Origin: Octopus vulgaris
Lineage: Eukaryota
DNA: 64,000 bases
Assembly (NCBI GenBank): GCA_951406725.2
Contig: OX597824.1
Span: 61,628,001-61,692,000 of the forward strand
Direction: 5' to 3'
The notes under the pieces were generated by a model, which saw only the letters and a list, made by a program, of their open reading frames with translations, had not been told where the DNA came from and did not search any database. How positions within the stretch are numbered: the first letter of the stretch is position 1; the number at the start of each line of letters is the position of its first letter. Position numbers and translations under genes: made by a program. Positions 56,233 through 64,000 of the stretch are shown here, in pieces.

Positions 56233-56306
56233 GGTACTTACTGATGAAGACTAGCCTCAGTAATTTTTTTTTACTGAAATAAGTCAGAAACCATGGTCTA
56301 GGAACT
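56233..56306 (+). ncRNA. type I hammerhead ribozyme
   Basis: ggtactta-CTGATGA-agact..tcagtaa/ttactga..agtca-GAAAC-catg-GTC-taggaact; palindromic loop III. Confidence 0.6.
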
Positions 56307-56462
56307 AAATTAGATGGTAAATGTTTTTAGTTTTCTTTTCCTTCATGAATTTATCCCTAATTAGTGGTTTGAGTTGTTTACTGCTCTTTCTAGCGAAAGG
56401 AAGACTCTTAATGTGTTTTAATGTACACGATATCTATATCTCTATATATATATATATAGACA

Positions 56463-56610
56463 CAGGCGTAGCAGTGTGGTGAGAAGTTTACTTCCCAACC
56501 ACATGATTCCGGAGTTCAGCCCCGCTTTATGGCACTTGTGCAAGCGTCCCCCACTTTAGCCTCGCGTTGATCAAATCCTTGTAAGCGGATTTGGTAGACA
56601 GAAAGTGAAA
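56463..56610 (+). mobile_element. SINE family A, 5' half
   Basis: caggcgtagcagtgtggtgagaag...ggatttggtagacagaaa. Confidence 0.65.
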
Positions 56611-57139
56611 ATCTTTTAAAAAATAGTTATTGTTTACTTACTATATTTTTCAAATATTCTTAATATTGTATGGTTCCATGTCACCAATGGCTCATTTCTT
56701 TAAAGTTAAAAAGTTAGTAATTGTACGTTATATTTCAAGAGCTTCTCGTGGACATAATGTGGATTCATGACTTTCAATTTTCAATTGAGTCTAAAATCGA
56801 TACATTTCAATTTAAGTATTTGATTGTTTAGATTTATGATTAGAATATCAATATTTATGTGATGAAGTAATCTGGTTTGAAAACAAATATGTAGTGTATT
56901 CTATATACTGTTTGACACCATTATGGGTAATGCTATTGCATTTATGAATTATATTTTTGTATAGTACCCTTTATGTATGTATCCTGCGCCCCACTGTGCC
57001 ACTTACTGTGACTAATTACCCTATTTTGCATAGCAATGAAGCCGTGATTTTACAAATTTACAGAATAATTTAAATTTCATTTATGATCTAATTTTTATAG
57101 CCATGTCTTTTCTCTTTGTTATTTTTTTATACGCGAGAA

Positions 57140-57520
57140 CATGTTTATTCGACGTGAGATTTGTCTTTGCTCAAAGTGTTTTGTTCGCAGAAGAGATTTG
57201 AGATTCACCGTAAACGGATATTCTCCCGCCTTTGGAAAACTTCAGTCTGAAGTTATTATGCATATTTTGATGTCTGTTGGTTGTTATATACAGGATAAAT
57301 CTAATGCATATGGACAGCATTACTAACAGAATCTGCCAGTATCTGATGAAGTAGCCAACGATTAACGTAATGTAATCAAACATTTCCTTTCTTTTCTTTT
57401 CACTTACATGTCTTCAAACCTAATTAATTATCTATTTACTTATTCCTGATGAAGGGGAGTTTGTCAGTGTGAAACAAATGGATTCATACCTGTTGACTAA
57501 TGGACTCCAGGAAAGGCTAT
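57140..57520 (+). mobile_element. possible PLE 3' remnant with degenerate HHR
   Basis: GIY-YIG-tail-like frame followed by CTGATGA-aggggagt...actcc-aggaaag. Confidence 0.35.
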
Positions 57521-57973
57521 CAAATTGCTTCATATTGACGTTATAACCCTCTATATACATTTCTTCGGAACTCTTTTAAAATTGCAATCTCATAATTATG
57601 ATTTCTCACTACAGCCGATGTATCTTACAACTTTCAACGTTTTTAAACATTGAATTTAATATGATTTTCAATCGATAAATCAACTTTTATTTATTTATCC
57701 TTTTCATGTACATTTTTACCTCATATAACTCTTATTTCTTTCTAAATATATAGACATGCTTCTTGTCTTGATGTAATTTTATGTTATATTATTTATGTAT
57801 TTATTATGTTGATGTAAATCAAAATATAGAATGATTATCTAAATTTATGTCTCTTCTTATACTATGTTATATAATGTCGAACGTTTCGGGTTTGACCTGA
57901 GCATTTCCAAGCAATTGTGTAAAATTTCGAAATAAAAGAAGCAATATTTGTATATATAAAAATATATATATAT

Positions 57974-58072
<99 letters not shown>

Positions 58073-58613
58073 CGTGTGCGTGTGTGTATGCAGTTATATA
58101 TGTGAGGGAGAAAGACGGGAAAAGGAGCAGGAGAAAGAGAGAGAGAGATGATGGGAGTATGATACGGAGAAAAATTTGCTTACAAAATGGAAATGTGTGT
58201 ACATGTGCGTACGTGTATATCTGCGGAGGTGTCTTAGAAAATGGACAGGAGAGATGGAAGTAGAATTTAATAGAGAGAAAAGAGTGAGGGAATTATTGAT
58301 GTTAACAGATGGAGTAATGATGTGATTAAGTAAATAATAATGAAGTTGAATTAGTGAAGATGAAAACATGACATATGAAAGAAAACAAAATGAGTCACAA
58401 GTAGTAAATGCTTGAAGCAATAACATTAAGAACAACGGACGAGAGACAAAACTTAATCCCATCAACGATGACAGGCACTGTCTCTCTATTTATCTATCTA
58501 TCTATCTATATATTTCTTTATTTATGGGCAAAGTTTTACTATATATACATATATGTATGATATACAAATACACACACACATGCACACAAACACGCATGCT
58601 CACACAAACGCAT

Positions 58614-58658
<45 letters not shown>

Positions 58659-59912
58659 CATATATAGTTTATATTCATTTAAAACAAAACGAAAATGGGG
58701 ATTGGGAAGTTCATGATTGTTTATTATCAACAGAAATTTGGTCGTCTTCACTTACAGCCGTTTCCATTAATACTCAATAAACATTAAGTTTACATTTATG
58801 TGACATGAGCATATCATCACAGGGAAAAAGATGCACCTTTGGAAGCTATGTGTGTTTGGGAATTCATTTTAGCAGACTGAATTTTACGGTTTATGGTTTG
58901 TATTATGTGCTCGGGCGAGGAGTTTGCAACTTGAATAGAGATAAATAAAGTAAACTGCAAGGATAGAGGAGAGTTAAATAGAAATAAGATAAGTTTATAG
59001 TTAATAAAAGAAATATTCCTTTTCAAAATATGAATAAGATCATAAAAATTTATATATGTGCAAGTACACACACACACACAAACACATATCCGTACGCATA
59101 TATATATATATGCACAGAGATACACACATGCGCGTGTACACACATGTGCGTGTACACACATATTCGTGCATACACTTACATACGTATACATACACATACA
59201 TGCATAAATAAGTATACGCATTCACATACACACTCATACACGTATGCATATACACACGTATATATGTATATATATATGTACTGTTCATACCCATCACCCC
59301 AAAATGAAATTAATGTAGATCCATATTGGTCAATTAATACCCATTGACTAATGAAATTTTGAATTATTGTGTTTACTCTATAAGATATGCATGTATGTAT
59401 GTCTGTACAGACGTATGTATGAACATTGTTGTCTGTGTTTATGCATTTATAGACATATGAGTGCGTATATGTTTATCTTCGATTAACAGTACTTACTCAT
59501 GTACGTATTCGTTTCTGTGTGTGAAATTATATTCATATGCACATTTAGATACCAAAAGTATACAAAACCGTTAAAAACAAATACACTTTTCATGAAACGC
59601 TGTAGGAAAAACACAATAATTCAAAATTTCATTAATCAATTATTTGACCAATATGGATCTATATTAATTTCGTTTTATGGGTGATGGGTATGAAAAGTAC
59701 ACACACGCACACACACGCACACACACACACACACACACACATATATACATACAGGTGTGTATATGCATACGTGTGAGTGTATACGTATCTATGCATGTAT
59801 GTGTATATATACGTATATAAGTGTACGCATAAATATGTTGGTACGTGCAAATGTATGAATGCGTACGTGTATATGTGTTTATCCCTGCATATATACATGT
59901 GCGTACGGATAC

Positions 59913-59943
<31 letters not shown>

Positions 59944-59948
<5 letters not shown>

Positions 59949-60177
59949 AGTTGTCCGGAAAGTTCGTGCCGATTTTTAAAGGAAAGAAAAAGGACAATAA
60001 ATACTTGCCATTACATTTTGATCAACCAAATATGAACCATTTTCTTGCACAATGCGTCCCCATCTTTCCTTTAACCTGAAAATACTCTCTTCCCAGAATT
60101 GAAGTGCCTGGGGGGGGGGGGGTAAGTCGAAGGGTAAGCTAATATAAAACGGTACCAACTTCCCGGACAACCCAATA
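59944..60177 (-). mobile_element. mariner-derived MITE
   Basis: TIRs tattgagttgtccggaaagtt / aacttcccggacaacccaata; internal FWEESIFRLKERWGRIVQENGSY matches a mariner C-terminus. Confidence 0.8.
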
Positions 60178-60338
60178 TATACATACATATATATATATAT
60201 TAATAGTTATCGTCATACTAATATGGCAGTCTATAAATAAGACTAAAGCTGTCGCTGATTAGCTCCAAGAGGCCATCGCCTCTATATGACACACGAACCT
60301 GCGTCCATTACAACCTTCGAACAGGGGCGGTCAGCCAT

Positions 60339-60379
60339 CTGCAGACATGTTTCAGGGTTGTTGCTCTTTATCAATGCAG
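60339..60379 (-). ncRNA. minimal hammerhead, U3:A8 variant
   Basis: ctgca-TTGATAA-agag-caacaa-ccct-GAAAC-at-GTC-tgcag. Confidence 0.6.
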
Positions 60380-60888
60380 CGTAGTCAGAACCAGCAGGTG
60401 TCGCTACTGACCGTCTGTTCGAAGATTTTATTTACCTAGTTACAGTGGAATACATCCACTTGTTTTCAATAATAGAAATATTAAAATTACTAAGTCTCTC
60501 TAAAGGAGATTACGGCACCGTTACTGGATATTAATAGTTATCGCCATACTAATATGAAACATGTCTGCAGATGTCTGACTAGCAAGGTGAAGCGGCTGAC
60601 CTCCCCTGTTCGAAGGTTGTAATGGACGCAGGTTCGTGTGTCATATAGCTAGCTAGAGGCGATGACCTCTTGGAGCTAATCAGCGACAGCTTTAGCCTTA
60701 TTTATAGACTGCCATATTAGTATGGCGATAACTATCAATATCCAGTAACGCTGCCGTAATCTCCTTTAGAGAGACTTAGTAATTTTAATATTTCTATTAT
60801 TGAAAACAAGTGGATGTATTCCACTGTAACTAGGTATATAAAATCTTCGAACAGACGGTCAGTAGCGACACCTGCTGTTTCTGCTACG

Positions 60889-60929
60889 CTGCATTGATAA
60901 AGGGCAACAACCCTGAAACATGTCTGCAG
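60889..60929 (+). ncRNA. minimal hammerhead, U3:A8 variant
   Basis: ctgca-TTGATAA-aggg-caacaa-ccct-GAAAC-at-GTC-tgcag: perfect stems I and II and an ACATGT palindrome. Confidence 0.7.
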
Positions 60930-61035
60930 ATGTTTGATTAGCAAGGTGAAGCGGCTGACCTCCCCTGTTCGAAGGTTGTAATGGACGCAGGTTCATGTGG
61001 CATATAGCTAGCTACGTCTCCTTTCGATTCCATTT

Positions 61036-62860
61036 CTACGTCTCCTTTCTATGTCTCCTTTCGATTCCATTTCCACTTCTTACCCCATAAATCATTCTTG
61101 CTGTGTACGTTACAATTTCTCCTCCTTCCCAATATTGCATGCCATTTTTGTACATTCTTATATATACCTTATCTCCTTTTCTAGAGAATTTTGGCATGAC
61201 TTTATTAGCATATATTTCTTTCTTCAGTTGTAACAGTTTATCGAATACTGACTTCACCTTCTGGCAAACATTAATTCTGCTGGTGAAGTTCCTTCTGGTG
61301 CATTTGGGTTCGGAATTAACCTATATACCCTTAAGAATTGTTGGATCGCGACCTCGTCCGTGGCTTCTTTATTAGCTTTCTTTAAAGCTCTCTTAAAAGT
61401 CTCTACGAACCGTCCGGCCCTGCAATTCGATCAAGGGTGATATAGTGTAATAATCTTGTATTCTAACGCGAGCATCTCGCAGAACCTTTTAAACTCACGG
61501 GATACAAACTGTGTTCCTATTTTATATGTCTTGTAAACCTGCAGCGAATACACTTGGCTTTTTTTATACGAACAATCGTTTTTCAGGTGTATCCCAACAC
61601 ATGGGTCTACATCCCGATATTTTTTCTCTTTTTTTGTCTTCCTACTTTTTTTACACTGGTCTTATGTGGAAACTCTCTTTCCGTTATTTTTCTACCGTGT
61701 CATGTCTTCATTTTAATATCTTGTTACACTATTCCGACAGTTTCTATCTCTAGTTTAGATAAATATCTAATTCTATCTGTCAATCCTTGTGCAAAAATCA
61801 AACACTTGAAAGAATCTGGAGTAAGTATATCTAGCCCAAATCTCTCATATTCTTTCTTGACTCTGCCTGTGTAAGGAGTCTTCGACTTCGCTCTTTTCTA
61901 TGTTTAATCATTTCCATCTTGTATTAAACTGAACTCGTTTCACTAAACATTTTGCACAAAATGTCATCAGTCTCAGTGAAATTTATGTCGGATGCATTTT
62001 TTTCTTTTTTGCAATATGAAGTCACTATACTTCTCATGCTCTGCTGTCGCTAGGTTTCTTAAGAATAGACGCATTTTCATTTCGTCCGTCCAATCCTGAT
62101 ATTCTTTTTCAAAACTTTGTTGGAATCTTCGAAAGTAAGCTTCGATTATTACTCCTTCTTCGGGGTCATATTTGAGTTCCCCCATGGAATTTTCTACATG
62201 TTCAGGTGAAAATGTATTGTCCGGTTTGGTTATCAACTTAATTTGCTGCTGCAATCATTGTTGTTGTTCTCGTTGTTCCTTGAGTCGTTGTTGCTGCTTT
62301 TGCAATTCAACTACCCCAGCTAACACGTCGTCCACATTTTACGTTCTTCGTAAGTTTGCACAAGATTTTGTTTCTTTCTTGTCGAGATATTTAATTCTCC
62401 ACGTGAATTAGTTTAAACTCTGCGTGGGAATTTCTCACTCCGCGTAGATTTGTCTTTCTTCGTCGCCACTTTTGTAAAGCGGCCTTTCGCTACTGTTGTA
62501 TCAGTCTTTTGACGACGGTTGTCAATAGAATGGTTCTACCTGGCACTGTACGACCCCCAGTTTTACAGCGTTATTATACTCAAAAGGTTGGATCATTATA
62601 ATTTCCACTCAGTATCACAGTATGATAACTATATCAGCACAGACATGACCATCAACACAGTCAACACGTACTCTCGGTGTCCTGACCTTCTCGACCTTTT
62701 GTTATCGACCAGCTACTGGTCTATTTATAATGGCCTCTCTTACCACTCTTTACCGAGAGGTGTGTATAGTTTCAGCATAGAACACGATGCGAAGAGAAGA
62801 ATATATGGAGACTTAAGTGTAAACTTTTTCCGAAGTGGATTAGATGAAATTAATTCCCGT
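61036..62860 (-). mobile_element. internally deleted Ty3/Gypsy LTR retrotransposon remnant
   Basis: PBS-like TGGCGACGA at ~62460-62469; gag-like YDPEEGVIIEAYFRRF; integrase GTQFVSREFKRFC...YHP*SNCRAGRFVETFKRAL; RT is missing and the LTR limit is uncertain. Confidence 0.75.
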
Positions 62861-62889
62861 TGAGCTGCTGATTATGCTTCTTTGCTGTT

Positions 62890-63252
62890 TGAATAACAAC
62901 GATTAGATCCGATTGTCCAATCCTCTACTCAGTTCATGACGATCAGACACTTAGAGCCGTCTCCGAAAGTTACATGTTGTTGCACTTGATGATATCTATG
63001 GACATCATTAATATAAATAATCAAAGGAAGTGGGCCCAATATAGTGCCCCATGGAACTCCAGTAATTAATCATTCTGATCTTGCTCGTGCACCATCAATC
63101 ACCACATACTAGTTTCTGTTCACCAAGAAATATTCAATTTTCAATTCACTTTAATAGTTAACCCTGGGTAACAATGTTGGGTAGTTTTATTTGAAAAGAA
63201 TCTATGATCAACCTTGTTGAAGGCCTTGTGAAAGTCAAGGTCTATCGAATCT
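62890..63252 (-). mobile_element. CR1/L2-like LINE RT fragment
   Basis: LDFHKAFNKVDH, FLVNRN*YVVIDG and TGVPWGTILGP. Confidence 0.75.
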
Positions 63253-63255
63253 GTA

Positions 63256-63334
<79 letters not shown>

Positions 63335-64000
63335 ATGCATGTATGTATGTATATATGTATGCATGTATGTATATATTTATCTATTATATAGTATTGTACA
63401 GTTATATAGGAATATATTTATCCGTACTTACATACACTTTAAACATCATATACATAATAAGAATAAATGTAAGAAGATTGCTTTTACACACGCTATGCTT
63501 AGGTGTGCATGCTATTGATTAAACGTTTAAGTGGAAATGATAATAAAATTTTCTACAAAACTTCTTAACGTTGAAACATATCATGTCATCGGCATTCATT
63601 TGAATTTGACACGTTTCCAAAAGCGGAATTCTTACAGGATTTTTACATTATAACATGTAGGCGTCTATACATATATTTACGTACACACAAGGACACACAC
63701 ACTCACGCACATTTAGTTAGCGATGTCTTATTCAATTAAGCAACTTCTTTCCCAGTGGCATAAATATTTCTCTTGAACGCTCTCATATTGTGCTAAAAGA
63801 ATGCAACTAAATATTGCTTCACTTTGTTTTGGATATTGTCAAGGTTATAACGCGATCAATCCTAATTGTTCCACGAAGCATAATTTTCTCGTGTTTTTTA
63901 CAGAAAATATCTTTATGAAACACATAAATACATATTATTTGTACACTTTTACAAAGCTTACATGTGTGTGTACATATATATATATACAAGTCCTACGAGT

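Larger units (their letters stand above)
60201..61014. mobile_element. retrozyme-like ~359-bp unit in permuted tandem and inverted arrangement
   Basis: 60201-60555 holds just over one unit on the - strand (terminal redundancy taatagttatcg.catactaatat). 60556-61014 holds ~1.3 units on the + strand (gaaacatgtctgcag at 60556 and 60915). There is one HHR per unit. Confidence 0.7.

Noticed and set aside
60201-61014. 3' LTR of the adjacent Gypsy remnant
   Set aside because: No visible similarity to the sequence upstream of the PBS (62475-62860), and it is permuted, inverted and contains an HHR.

Overview
AT-rich eukaryotic (animal) DNA saturated with (TA)n, (CA)n, (TATG)n, (TATC)n and trinucleotide microsatellites. 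The repeat repertoire looks like a coleoid cephalopod such as Octopus, which is inferred from SINE style and repeat density. Almost all supplied ORFs are microsatellite artefacts, and I find no complete intact host gene. The window holds many transposon remnants: RTE, R4/Dong-like, Tx1/L1 and CR1-like LINEs, several Penelope-like elements (PLEs), mariner/Tc1 fragments, a Helitron-like element, a Gypsy remnant and three tRNA-like SINE families. Five features stand out. (1) About a dozen type I hammerhead-ribozyme (HHR) motifs on both strands. (2) A ~359-bp circularly permuted retrozyme-like unit whose HHR carries a compensatory U3:A8 core. (3) A ~5-kb near-perfect palindrome capped by two outward-facing HHRs. 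(4) A dispersed set of decayed exons with NACHT-like and TIR-like motifs, plus one intact paralogous exon. (5) A multi-exon lipocalin-like pseudogene. All family calls come from reading motifs by eye, and many boundaries are approximate.
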